A DNA stretch of 60,848 nucleotides, the filler included, from Basidiobolus ranarum (Eukaryota): assembly GCA_040143965.1 (NCBI GenBank). It is 13 parts of 13 records of this genome, joined end to end, with 100 filler letters (N's around TTAATTAATTAA, not from the genome) between each part and the next. Parts side by side here need not be neighbours in the genome. Positions count along the whole stretch, not along the records: positions 9,400 to 13,996 come from JASJQH010001898.1; positions 14,097 to 18,692 come from JASJQH010001899.1; positions 18,793 to 23,387 come from JASJQH010001900.1; positions 23,488 to 28,079 come from JASJQH010001901.1; 9 more parts are not named here. The stretch is one strand, 5' to 3'. Every line of letters begins with the position of its first letter. Positions within the stretch are counted from its first letter, which is position 1. Shown here piece by piece: positions 10,865-23,501 of this stretch. The notes below the pieces were generated by a model. That model saw only the letters and a list, made by a program, of their open reading frames with translations. It made no database searches and was not told the DNA's origin. The translations under genes and the position numbers were made by a program.

Positions 10865-13442
10865 TTATTAAATAAATCAAAAATATACTTTTCAATTTTG
10901 ACTTATTATATATTAGCTAAATTAGTACTAAATATGCTAAGCTCAATATATGAGTAATTTGGTGCTCAATTTTAGTATCTCAGCAAGGAATTATTAGAAG
11001 AAATACATGATTAGCACTAGTTGTTTAGTTTTATTCAAAATTGTCATATATGCACATAGTGCTGCTAAGGCACTAGGAGGGTTGGGAGAAGCTTGAAGAG
11101 AGTCTGAAATTTATATTTCTATTGAGGTCACTCAGATGTATCTACAACAACCGTTATGGCTTTGACAATATTCGTTAAACAGGCCAAATAAGATGTATAA
11201 GTATTAGATGTTTTACTCCAATATGTCAGCATAGTAGATAGAAAAAATCCAACATATTCTCCTAATCTCTGAATACACTAATCTTCAACTCAGGCTTGCA
11301 TATCTTACAACGGGCTGCAGTTGAATTCATATACATAAGTATCAAATTCCCATCACACTTGAAACTCATATTTTGAATATCAAGTTAGTCAACCTAATAC
11401 ATATGCTGTGTATCTTACTACAACAGTCCGAACAGATAATTTCAAACTAACACGATCCCTTGAACTTCACTTATTACATTATAGTTATTTATGGCGACTG
11501 AAAAGTGCTTAGCATCGACATATGTGTCGTTGCACTATTTCTTAATGTTGCTTAAAATTAAGATTCGTTGGTATGTAATAATTAAGAAAATATAGCGACT
11601 CGGACATTTCTAGAATGCTAACGATACTGATGAGATGTTTCGGTAAGCATTTATTGGGTTCAGAGATATTCCGTGCCTTAACGTTGCTGTGAGAATGCAG
11701 TCTACTTTTGGATCTTGACATACATAATCAGCACACAGAAATTGTGCTGTATACAGAAAATGAATGTCCTGGTGCATTCCTCTGATGTAAGCATTTAGAA
11801 CAGCTTGGTTGTCCTTTATTTTTGCTATTGGCTATCAATTGTGAAGATACTTATCATACTCCTGGGGCAGAACAGCACGATGACTTGATATGCAAATTCT
11901 ACTCACAAAAGGGAATTAAGGATGTAAGTGAATCTATATAGCTTTAAGTAACGTAATATCTAAAACCATGTATACGAAACTAGTATCTTCCACCCTTATT
12001 ATACTACCAAAACTCCCTAAATCTCGGCTAATTTACCTGAATTCTTCAACAATAACACAGTTGACATTACAACACAGTACCAATGGCTTAACTAGAAGTA
12101 TATTTAATATACACTTCAAGACTGAGATGGATAGGTGCTTGGTAAACAAGAATTGAAACATGTCATCAATGAAAAGTTGATTAAGAATCGGCTGACCAGC
12201 GCCATTCCGCATAATAGTTTAACCGTGACACCCAAATATATGAATGTTTCATACATGTCATCATAGCACGTATCCTTCGCTATGTACTACAGTACAGTGA
12301 ACTAATGTCCGGTGGGAACTTTAAAGCATCTTTCCCATGCAGCATTTACACAACCTAGTTATTCTCATCATGGTTATTGTAGCACCTGCACTAGTAAGGT
12401 TTATAGTTTATATGAGCTCTAAATCTTAATCAAATCTTGATTTGCTTTAGCTCATATGCGGTGATCTAATGGATCTATGATTTTCTGATTGAAATGAATC
12501 TTGGTTGAGCCAATCTTCAAAATATCTGGTTATTAGTCTTATGAAACATGCGAATGGTATCTGACTAATCTTAAGGTTCCATAACGTTTCCAATATATAT
12601 TGATCGAGGCAATCGTCTCATATGGTAGATTGAGTTCCCTTGTCAAAACGTTTCAACTCTGTCTGGTCATAATTCACTGTATTCACAGAAGTTGCGCAAA
12701 ACCTAGAGAATATCAAATAAACTACTTGATAAAAAATTTACCTGTCTTCATATACATTAGCCCTACTTGACTAGTTGCTCAGAATAGCATCTTGTAAAGA
12801 GCTGGAATGTACTGAATCTACTTACTTAATTTATGTATCACGTACCCAGGGTCAAGTAGGTTTATATCGTAGTAAAATACTCTTCTGTTCATTCTTATTA
12901 TATGTTCGTGATCGTACATAAAAGAATAACAAGTAGATTTGCATCAGCATGTTCCATCTTACATTTATAAAATTCCGACTGAAAATTCAGTATTTGTATA
13001 AGTGAGCATGAGAACCTTTTCCGGCTACAACGTTTCTCAAACCTCTTTTATACCTTCATATTATTGTCAATAACGTGAATAATCTCGAGGTATGTATGAA
13101 TCATAAAGATCTATTTTACGCGCAAAAGTATCAGGAAACCCGCTTTGGCTATCCTTCTACTTGAATCTCTAACTATTATGTTGGTGATAAACTTAAACAG
13201 ACCTTGGTATTTAGTGTCATTAATTTAGTGCCTATTCGCCCACGTAGAATAACTCAAATTGTTACTTTGTTTTTGCAAGACTACACCGAAAAAGTATCAT
13301 TTCAGGAGTAACAAGGAAAAGGCCGATTTTATTGTTAAAGTAAATGGATTTTATAACGAAAATAATGTACAACCAAGAGATATCACGACAATCATATTTG
13401 CAGAGCTCAAGTTAATAACAATTAAGGGAGAAGGGCAGGTTC

Positions 13443-13996
13443 TCAAAACTTCTCTTCGATGATTTCTTTATGTATATTTTGGGTCATTGAACTATCCTCG
13501 TGGCTAGGAATTTGCTGTGGATGATGGCCTCGCAGGCTAGTATCGTTTGCGAATAAGTTGGCAAATGTTGCAACGATCGCCATGGCAAGTGTAGCATACC
13601 ACATTCGAGTGTAGTTTTTGTGGGCGTCATATTCCAGACCGCCAATGTATGCTCCACAAAATGCTCCAATTTGATGCCCCACAAAGGTGACAGACGACAT
13701 AGTTCCAAGGTACCGATGACCGTAAACATCCCCGACAAATTTGGTTGTGGCTGGAACAGTCGAGAGCCAAATTACTCCGAAAATGGCTGAAAAGGAAAAG
13801 ACAGTGGCCAACGACAATGGAATAAAAATGAAGATGGCCAGTATCACTGCGCGTAGCCCGTAGATACACGCTAAGATATGCTTAGGGCGATAACGAGTAC
13901 ACAGGAATCCCACCAGTACCGTGCCAACCATAGAACCAAAGCCAAGCACGGATACAGTCCATGCCGCGACGGATCCATCGATCCCATTGCCAACCA
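13443..13996 (-). CDS. MFS transporter (bacterial YbfB/YcxA- or monocarboxylate-porter-like), C-terminal half, 5'-truncated by linker
   Basis: Multi-TM frame with no intron: ...GFGSMVGTVLVGFLCTRY...IWLSTVPATTKFVGDVYGHRYLGTMSSVTFVGHQIGAFCGAYIGGLEYDAHKNY... Confidence 0.85.
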
Positions 13997-14096
13997 NNNN
14001 NNNNNNNNNNNNNNNNNNNNNNNNNNNNNNNNNNNNNNNNTTAATTAATTAANNNNNNNNNNNNNNNNNNNNNNNNNNNNNNNNNNNNNNNNNNNN

Positions 14097-15646
14097 GTCT
14101 TTGTTGTAGTCTTTCAAACAACCAGTTGTCACGTTTAACAGCCTGGTGGATAGCATCAGTCAAGGTCACTGGGTTGGCCATAGTGAGTAAAAGATCCTTA
14201 ATATTTTCTTGGAGTCCATATTGGAATTGGTTGATCAGGGCATATTCTCCCCAATTAAGTTTGCAGGCATAAAGGCAGAATTCTGCAGCATAAGTTTATG
14301 CAGGCTTTGCCCCTTGTTTAAGTACATGGTGGCTGAAGTTCTTTCCTTATCTGTATCTCCAAATGTGGCTTCCAATTCAGCCAGAAAGGCAAAGAAGTTT
14401 AAAAGAAGAGGAGCTTGATTTTCCATCAAAGGAGCAAACTAAGATGGAGCTGTTCCTGATAATAGTGTTCCCACTAAGCCTACTTTTGCTTGGTCACAGG
14501 GATAGCAATGGGGATGTAACTGCATGATGACCTTCACTCCGTTAATAAAATCACAATAGTTTTGGCAAGTGCCATCAAACTTATTTGTTAGGGAGATCTT
14601 GGGTTCAGGAGTTGCATTTGCAGGATAGTTGGGTGGAGCTGGATTCTGTACTTGGGCAAGAGAAGCACAAAGTTCTTGATTTTCTTACTGAAGCTGAGTA
14701 GGAGCTTGCATGATATCTTCCATTGTAGGGGCTGGGGTAGAAATAATACTTACAATGTTGGGAGAGGGAAGTTTTTAAAAAACAGAAGTTTCTCTAGGAA
14801 TGATATTCACAATGCAAAGTCCAACTTTCTGTTGATCAAATGTTTGGCACATTCACAAAAGAATGTACTGGTATCAACATCCTTTGATCTTGATTGAGTA
14901 CTCAAGCTTTGTTGATCAAAAACAACTGCAAACTCAACCAGTAATGTCCTGACAAGGATGCACTTAGAGCAATTGTCCAGAGGTGGAAGGTACCTTTGCC
15001 TTAGCAGGGAAGCTTGGGAAAGATGGGGAATAACAGGGAAGCAAACCTTGGGGGTTTCAAGATTGGAGAACAGCAATGGAAAGAAGTCTACAGGCAAGTG
15101 TAAGTAGTCCAATCAAACTATCACAATAAGGAACTGGCCAAGGACTTGAAGCAACTACAACAGAGTAGAAGGCAGGAGAGTACATGGGTGTAGACCACAA
15201 GACAAGACAATACTGGACAAGGGAGATACTTTGGCAAGAATCTTTATTGCTAATTGATGTTGATCAGACTGAAGTCTAATCAAGCAATACTTTGGCTTAT
15301 ATAAATATTGCAGGGTGAAACATAAAATACTGAATAGGAATATACTGTGGTAAGTTCAAGTCTTAGGGTGCTGGGGACTACAAGGACCAATACAAAGAGA
15401 GATGTTTTAAGGATGATCAGGTGACCTTCCATGTAAGGTTATGGCAGAAATACACTATGTGTAGGATGATATGATTGGTTAGGTTTCATGGAATGTTCCA
15501 AAGAACATGACTTCTACATATGGTAACTGGGATGAACTAACACAAGATTGCCATTAAGGGATGGCACAGCAGCTTTGATATCATACTCTGATTATAGAAG
15601 GGTTCTATTTGCAGTAGATCAGTACGCTGGGATAAGAATCATGACA
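14097..15646 (-). mobile_element. Gypsy (Tf1/sushi-like) LTR retrotransposon 5' part: LTR (15646-15119), leader and decayed gag
   Basis: Gag reads PKISLTNKFDG...VGTLLSGTAPS*FAPLMENQAPLLLNFFAFLAELEATFGDTDKERTSA (Retrotrans_gag-like). LTR runs TGTCATG...TTGTGATA (TTGTGACA in the second copy at 40373) and contains TATATAA and AATAAA. Confidence 0.8.
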
Positions 15647-15679
15647 TCATATATTGTTTGCACACAATTGGCAATCACT

Positions 15680-16480
15680 GAATCAGGTAAATATTGTTCA
15701 CATTTGGCCTAAATACTGTTGATTCCCCACCTGAAAGTTTAGATGAAATCACCTAAATATAGATCATTGATCCAATATCAAAGTACTCACCATAAAGCTG
15801 ATGGTATTACCAATATAAGTGATGAATATCAGTACCAGAATCTGAAAAGTGAAGGTTTCTTTGAGAACGCATATGATCATGTATTTGCATTGGCTCTGGA
15901 TGCTTTCTCACTAAACACATATACCATTGGAAAGGCTTGCAGGCCAATGATTGTTATTAACTTCAATCTTTCTTCTTCTGAGTGGTATAAGAGTCCTAAT
16001 ATTTTGATACTATCCCTCATATCTGGACCCAAATCGCCAGTGATTATATACAGCTTCTTGGGCCTTTGAATGCAGAATTTGAATGGTTATTTAATGGGTT
16101 TCAGATGGGTGAATATCTTATTAAAGCTATTATCATTGTATGTATTGGTGATACTCTTGCCATCAGTAAACTTGAAGGTTTTTGCAGGCACAATGCCCTA
16201 TCTTGCTGTAGATGTAGCAAATCAATGGAGTTTACTCTATCAGTCATACACAATACTAATATCCAAATACAAAACTAAACTCCATGACTTTACCATCAAG
16301 AGCCTACTTGCATCTCAACATGATCCCTGATATCGATTCACCAAATAGACAGTCTAATATGAAAATTGGTATTAGCCATAAGCCTAAGATTATATTATCT
16401 AAGAGGATCCACTGGAGCCAGAGCTTCCCATTAGGCACTATGCATGTATTATTCAACAACATTCCAATACCCTTAACAGA
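15680..16480 (+). mobile_element. CACTA/En-Spm (Tnp2/Transposase_21-like) transposase remnant
   Basis: LALDAF...PMIVINFNLSSSEWYK...LISGPKSP...SFL, frameshift, then IGDTLAISKLEGFCRHNALSCCRC and FPLGTMHVLFNNI. Confidence 0.75.
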
Positions 16481-16489
16481 AATATGATG

Positions 16490-16790
16490 ATTGTTATCAT
16501 AGAAAAACCATCAAAATTTTAATTCATTTGGGTTTTACTATTTACTTACTGTCTTCAAACTCTCAAGTTGGATTTGATTTTGATCAATTTTTTCAGTTTC
16601 AGGAGTGAAATTTCAAGATCTTGGAAAATAGTTGCACATGATTGGCTACAATCTTGGCAAACTATGGACCAATGCATTTGCAAAAAACATAACTCAAATT
16701 TAACACATTTACCTTTGAAAAGATCCTTGTGTATGCAGACAAATCTAGGAAAAAAATATAAAGTATCAGAAATTTGACACCTATCTGTCA
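16490..16790 (-). repeat. Dispersed ~250-bp repeat D, copy 1
   Basis: The reverse complement (GGTAAATGTGTTAAATTTGAGTTATG...GATTGTAGCCAATCATGTGCAACTATT...AAAATCAAATC) matches 32340-32605 and 41648-41885. Confidence 0.85.
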
Positions 16791-17459
16791 GTACTTCCTT
16801 TGAGCCAGTCAAGTACTTTCTAGTCACACAGTAGCCTGTAACTGTCTCTAGTAGTCTCTCTTGAGCTTCCTCTTCAAAGGTTGCGTAAGCAGTGATGAAA
16901 ATAAGGGGTGATCACAAGTAGCAAATGTTAGTTGAAAACCAAGATTGTTTCTATTTGAAAAAATAAGGCTCCACTTTATACTTTTCTGATGGAAGAAATG
17001 TTTACCAATAAGAATTTCTGGAAAGTTCCAGAGAATTCTATTGGTGGGGATCTGGGGTTATGATATCACCATAAATCATAAGATTAGAAATCCATTGAAT
17101 GTTCCAAAAGGTTGTAGAATAATCCAGAAATTCATCAAATGTTCTGGCAAAATCAAGTTTTGATTGGTCAAAACTCAATCAATCATGAAGTATTCCAAGA
17201 ATCTTGTGGAATATTCTGGAAGATTGTAGAATTTTCTAGAAAATAATAAGGCTAATGTGGGGTAATAAGGCTGAATCTAAAATAATAGGGAACAATACAA
17301 ATGGTGGGATATGATTGGCTATAAAATATGGGTAATTCAAATATGGATATTGAAATAGATATTGTGCAATAGTAATCATATGAGCTTGGAGAGGAAATAA
17401 GTCAACTTGCCACTGGGTAGCAATGCTACCCACTACAATGCCCTTGTAGTTTGATACTA

Positions 17460-18345
17460 GCAAGTGTGCTTTGTGAAATTTGTGTGGCTTTTTACTTGCA
17501 TTTAGGTTTGGGTCTAATTTGAACTCTTTGAAAAGTACTAGTTGAGGTTGGAGATCCATGAGTTTTATTTGATGATGTTTTAGCTTGTTGAGAGATGCCA
17601 GGTGTTGGACAAACTTCCAAATTTAGCACTCATCCAACTGGTTTACCTGGTTCCATGGTGAAATGAAGCTTTTTTGTCACTTTGTCTGACTCTGGATATG
17701 CAAATCTTTGTAATGATGTGAAGAATTTTTTAAGTGGGGCAGTAAAGCCTAAAATCACTGGCTCCTTTGCTTTCCCTTGGGTTTACTAACTTCCTGCTAC
17801 TAGAGTACTTCTTTAGCCGTATTCTTTTTTTTACACAGTCTCCAAAATGTTAAACCACTCTTCATCAGAGCAAGTAACAGTAACTCTGACATTCAGAGTC
17901 TTTTGGTTTGCTGGTTTTCCTATGAGATTTCTACTTTCATGTGCCTAAGCAGTTTGGGCCATTGTCTAAGCTTAATGGTTGCACACATATTTCGCTATGC
18001 TAGATTGTCACAGTGACATTCATATGTATGGTGTGGGATTGACTGAAATCCCATATGAGAATTAATTAAGGGAACAGCATGTTGCTGTAACCCAAGTACA
18101 GCATTCTGAAGTTCTTGTATCAAGGTTAAGTGACTACCTAACTGCTGACTAGTTGCTTTCAAACGCTGCATTAATTGCAATATTGCGGCATTATTGCATA
18201 TCATGGCCTGTAGAGCAACTTCATAGCCTTTACTTATGATTGCATATAAATCAATATGGTGTTCTGCTTGTGATTCCCTTATTGTAATAATTCTATCCAA
18301 ATTTTCAACAGAGGGCTGTTCAATAGTGGGCAAAGTAGCCATTTT
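17460..18345 (-). mobile_element. Unclassified repeated element with a decayed coiled-coil-like ORF, copy 1
   Basis: MATLPTIEQPSVENLDRII...QQHAVPLINSHMGFQSIPHHTYECHCDNLA; homologous at DNA and protein level to 40565-41285 (+). Confidence 0.65.
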
Positions 18346-18419
18346 CGAAGTTGATGGTCTTGATGGTGTTTTCGATGAACTTTGCTCAACTATTGATTTA
18401 CTATGTAATCAGGGGATTA

Positions 18420-18692
18420 CAATCTCATCTATTGGAGCATCACTAAGTGAAGATGACTTAGTCATGACACTACTTGGGAGCTTGCCAGATGAGTTTGGGA
18501 ACCTCATAATTGCCCTAGAATCAAGATCAGCACCATTAACAATGGAATATGTTGGTGCTAGGCTTTTTAAGGAAGAATTGCGGAGATCTAATTCTCAGCA
18601 AAATAATGCAGAACAGGCATTTTTTGGAGCTGTAAAACATCCAACAGGCTTCAATAATGGTGCTCCTATTAGGAAATTAATCATCTGCAAGT
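18420..18692 (+). mobile_element. Copia gag fragment (UBN2-like), different family from A
   Basis: SIGASLSEDDLVMTLLGSLPDEFGNLIIALES...MEYVGARLFKEELRR. Confidence 0.8.
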
Positions 18693-18792
18693 NNNNNNNN
18701 NNNNNNNNNNNNNNNNNNNNNNNNNNNNNNNNNNNNTTAATTAATTAANNNNNNNNNNNNNNNNNNNNNNNNNNNNNNNNNNNNNNNNNNNN

Positions 18793-18885
18793 ACCACATT
18801 GGTTATCTTTAGAGATGCGAGCTTGAGAAGCGGTAACCTGAAGGAAGATCGCCAGCGAAATGAGGACAGCTTTCGAGAAATACAT
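18793..18885 (-). CDS. 5' end of a secreted protein, probably starting a hevein/CBM18 chitin-binding domain; truncated by linker
   Basis: MYFSKAVLISLAIFLQVTASQARISKDNQCG: signal peptide followed by an ISxDxxCG start typical of fungal CBM18. TATA-like element about 40 nt upstream. Confidence 0.6.
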
Positions 18886-19449
18886 GATTAGTTGAAGTGA
18901 TAATCCATTATGCAATTAGTTAGCTTTTATAGAGTAAGTCGAACCAGAATTTGATACGGACGTTCCACAAATTGAGAAAGCAATGTCGCACTTCTAATAA
19001 AGTTAAGCATAGATCGGTTGAACTAATCTAATTTCGTTTAGACTATGAATTTAGTGCAACCAAATCAGTATATCTATCCAATCAATGGTTCTGAAGCCCT
19101 GGTTGTCCACTTGTGTCTATTGAACATGCAGTAATGTATTGTTTGACAAGCTAGTTTCCTGTAAAAAAGCAGTATTCTGGTTTTGTTTACCCAAGAAAAT
19201 ACAGCAATTGCGAGGGAGGAAGATAGAACTGTTCTTAAGAACCATCTCTTTACCCAAACTTGTCAATAAGCTTGGCAGTTCACGCTGCTTATTTATCGTA
19301 CAACATATTATTATGCAATTATATCCAGTGTATGTAACTCTCACAACAATGCTCGATACTGTCAAAGCAAGTTTTATTGATCAATATTTAAGTAATTGAT
19401 ATGACTATACAGCGAGTATACTATTATTTAATTATTTCATGCGACTAAA

Positions 19450-20260
19450 CTAGGCTGTTAGCTTCTTAGTAAGTAGCTTACTGAGATCGAAACCATTGAG
19501 ATTTTTGTGGGCAGTGATCTGGAAGCAGGTGGCACTGCCTTGGCGAGAAATGATGGTTGACCAAGCAAGGAATATTTCCCACATGCGGAACCAGTGCTCT
19601 CCATATTTCGAGGTAATTCTCTCTCTGCTATTCCAGCAATTTCTATACCAGCGTTCAATGGCTGCAGAGTAATGAACCCAATGGTGTCAACATTCTTAAT
19701 TCAATTCCGGGATCCACTGAAAGAAGAAGAATTTCACTTGACCAAGTTGCAAGTGGAATGAAGCCCAGTCATAGCGATGCTCTAACACCTCTAATGCATC
19801 ACCTTTAAAGTCAATGTTGCTATCAAAATAATTCTCCAAGAATGTTTCTATAGGGATCTTGTTCTTTCTTTGTAATGCGAAAGGTTGGAACTTTTGATAT
19901 CAAGGTATTCTTCGATATTTCGTTGGGGTAATTTAACACTATTTCTCTATGGTACTGAGATACAAGAGCCCAAACAAATTGAGCAACCGAGGATAGGTAG
20001 GGCTAGGATAGCCGTCAGTCCGATTAGACTCCAAATGCCAAGGCCAAAGACATACACGAGGGAAGTGGGAATTCCAATGATTGCAGTAAGCAAAAATATG
20101 TTGGAAAAGGTTTGGTTTCCAGTGCCTTCGGCAGGATACAGGGCTTTAGCTACCGTCGGCCGTGATGGCTCTTCATTCGCTGATATCTATAATATCAAGC
20201 TACGGAGCAAGTAGCATACAATCCGAAGCTTACTTTTGCTTTGAAAGAAGGAACAGCTGG
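19450..20260 (-). pseudogene. MTS1: Sphingolipid C9-methyltransferase (cyclopropane-FA-synthase family) pseudogene with a large internal deletion
   Basis: PAEGTGNQTFSN, two TM segments, in-frame TAG, frameshift, NKIPIETFLENYFDSNIDFKGDALEVLEHRYDWASF...WIPE joined directly to IKNVDTIG/VHYSAAIERWYRN...KYGEHWFRMWEIFLAWSTIISRQGSATCFQITAHKNLN. The 5' boundary is approximate. Confidence 0.85.
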
Positions 20261-21512
20261 TTAACTTACAACATTAATCTTCTAAGGGTTTTATTCATCT
20301 GGAATTCAGGGGTTAACTTAGTTCAACATCGTTAGGAACTAGTATGTATCACTATTACTTAAGCACTGGAGGCGATGTATGGCACTTTACCGAGTTTTAA
20401 TACACTCCATAAATCAATGGCCAATTCCGCATATGCACACAGGAAACAGTTCATCAGTTCCAAATGGTGTAGGGGTAGTTCGAAATTCTCAGTGTGTCCA
20501 AATGTAAACGTATATAACACTGAGAATAGGTCTCTCAAATAATTCTGTTGGACCCCTCAATCGTTTTACCCGACTACTATATACGGATCGTGGGGTATTA
20601 TAAAGCAGATTTCACAATATTTCAACTATGAACATATTGGAGAAATAGTCCAGTTGCTTGGTTGGACAGGTCAAAGTTTACAAACCGGTGATAGGTAATC
20701 TGGATTGGGGGTACAAATGATTATGTTAAGAATCTTCTCAAGACTTATCAAAGTTATGCTATCGTACAAGACCAGATACTGATTATCACTAAAACCTGTA
20801 TACTAACTAATTTCGGATGAGATCATGTGAAAGACAGGAGTATTAGGATAAGTATCAAGTAAGTCGTTAGCACTATTTGGGTCTAGTTCACTCAACAATG
20901 ACGGTCGGTACAGATCTGAATAGTGTACATCTTGATAATAGAATAATTATCTATGGGTAATTGAATCCGTTGTAATAACCACGATAGTATTTTTCGCCAC
21001 ATCAATAATAATAATATTCGAATATCTAGTCTAATATATTTATCATTTATTTCCTGGATAATTCGAATCCAACATCGGCTTTGGAAATAACTCGAATCTG
21101 TTAGGAAAAGATAAAATCTTCAAATTTTTCAAAATCTCCTCAACTTTGTTAGCGCCTAAGGGTTAGGTAATCCGGCTTAGAGGTAATGGAGGTATATGAG
21201 AACAACATTTAAGCAGTGATGACGCTCGATATCTTCCCACTACAATTTCGCAGTTACGCAGACTTTTTAGCTAATAGTATTTTTTACCAAATACATATTT
21301 TTAAACATATGATCTTGTTTATTTGGAAGGTCAGTCTTTGCTGCCTAATATCTTTATTAGCCTCATCAATGTTTAAAACCAGTGTTTTCCCCTGGAAGAG
21401 CAATACCTTCCTAATAATTATCTGATACTCTAGAATATTTGTTTCCCCCTTTGTTCTCCTATTATTCCTTACATAGTCCTTGAGCCATAGCACTAGACTA
21501 TAAAGTCTATTC

Positions 21513-21840
21513 TGTTAAAGTATTTGGTAGCCTGTTGGAAGTGGCTTGGAGAATTAGAGGAATTGGTGGTTTTCACTTATTGATTTATTGAGTATTCAGT
21601 TGACATTTATAGTTTTGTCAAGATGTAAACAAACTAACGTGTAGAATGTGTTAACAAAGATCCCAGGAGCATGTGTGCAAAGTTTGGGGCTTCTAGCACC
21701 AGTTTGAAAATCTGTATATCTGAGAACTTCTAAGTAAATTCCGATTGAGAATAATGGATAATATCTTGGTGAATTATAAGATAACTAAGTACTAAGCTAT
21801 ATATGACTATATAGGTGTTTAGGTAATGCTAATTTCAACA
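21513..21840 (-). mobile_element. Copia family A solo LTR, perfect TSD TATTC
   Basis: TGTTAAAG...TTTCAACA flanked by TATTC at 21508-21512 and 21841-21845. Confidence 0.95.
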
Positions 21841-21990
21841 TATTCCGACATTTCTTCACTATTGCTATCAACACAAAGTACGGTATTTGGCTTAGAAAGC
21901 ACTTTAAGCAATAATGTACTTTGCAGATTTTATCCACCATTCCTTTACATATAATCCAACTGATATTTCTATAGCTACAATCCAAAATTT

Positions 21991-22325
21991 TGATGAAAAT
22001 AACATAGCTTAAGCATCTATATAGTCACATAGCTAGCTACCTAAATTTCACCATACTGTTATTCAATATCTTCACTTGGAATTTACTTTGCATACTTTTG
22101 CCAACTTGGAAGTTAATCAACAAATTTATGCTATATTTAAGCACATTAATATTCAATCTTAGTCTGATACAGAATCTGTTAAAAGTGAGCTAATCCAGTT
22201 GGAATGTTTTCAATCTAGGATATTTTGACAAATATTCTAACCAAACCTTTGCCTATGCCTAATTTTGAGGAATTAGGGTAGCCGTTGAGATGGAGTTGGA
22301 TTAAGGACCAAACAAGGGGAGGTGC
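21991..22325 (+). mobile_element. Partial LTR-B followed by a decayed Copia RNase H end and polypurine tract
   Basis: TGATGAAAATAACATAGC (LTR-B start); then KHINIQ...ILTKPL-like remnant and AAGGGGAGG followed by TG. Confidence 0.6.
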
Positions 22326-23501
22326 GGAAGTTTATGAAGTTAATCATACCTATTGTAACTGTAGTAATTCATCAAATAATCTCAAAATTTCTATCACAAT
22401 TAGGTGGTATCATTTAGTTAATTATCATATAATTCAAATTTGCAACTTAAATTTAGGATAAAATCAGTTTTCCATAAATTGGCGATGCTGCACATTCCGG
22501 AGTTTTTAAAGTGAATCCCAGAATTACACGTTTTACTCTCATATGTACTGTGTACTGAGCTCCATTGCTTTTTTGTGCTGTTTCTACGGAAAGTGTAAGT
22601 AATTTTCCTGGTTAATTGATAAATATAACTCAAAATCATAAAAAGTCCATTTCTCAAATATCTCTTCCAAATATCATTTTGACTTTGCAACGTACACCGA
22701 AATGTAAATTTTTGACAGATATTTATACACAACAGGAACTTTTTACTTGGCTTCAAATATCGTTGCTAACTCTAAATCCTTACTAATACTGCCAAGAATA
22801 TTAATATATATATATATGAAACTCCAGTGGAAATCTACACAACATGATAATCTGAAGTAATAGGTCTGCTGTATTAAATGAATCATTGCAAAAGCGAACT
22901 TGTACAACATTTACCATGTGATCTGATTCAATTGAATTATCTTGCTTGTGCTTTATTGATTTTTAAAACAAATATTGGCCAGTCGTATGAGTAAGACGAA
23001 GTGTTTCTGCGAAAGGAGGCATATTGTAATGCAGTTAATAAACGAGAATTGAACTTTGAATTTCTCCTGGCTGCCATTCCCAACAGTACTCCATTCGATC
23101 TTCCACATGCATGTCGTTATTGATTCTAGAAGTTGTAGTAGTAACACTATAAGAGCCACTTGATGTAATGAGAAACGTAATGGGAAACGGTTATCTAACG
23201 AATATGGCAATAATTTAGACACCTAGATCTTTTCATTGGTTCAATTCCACAGGTACACTCTACCACGTGAGAAGTAAAAGTGATTTGCGCTCAAGGACGG
23301 ATGTTATATAAACAAATACCTTTAATTCAGGTGAGACCCAATCATTGCCCTTACGCAACAGCCATCATTCTTCTAAATAGAAGAAGCNNNNNNNNNNNNN
23401 NNNNNNNNNNNNNNNNNNNNNNNNNNNNNNNTTAATTAATTAANNNNNNNNNNNNNNNNNNNNNNNNNNNNNNNNNNNNNNNNNNNNGGGGTTGGGGCTG
23501 G

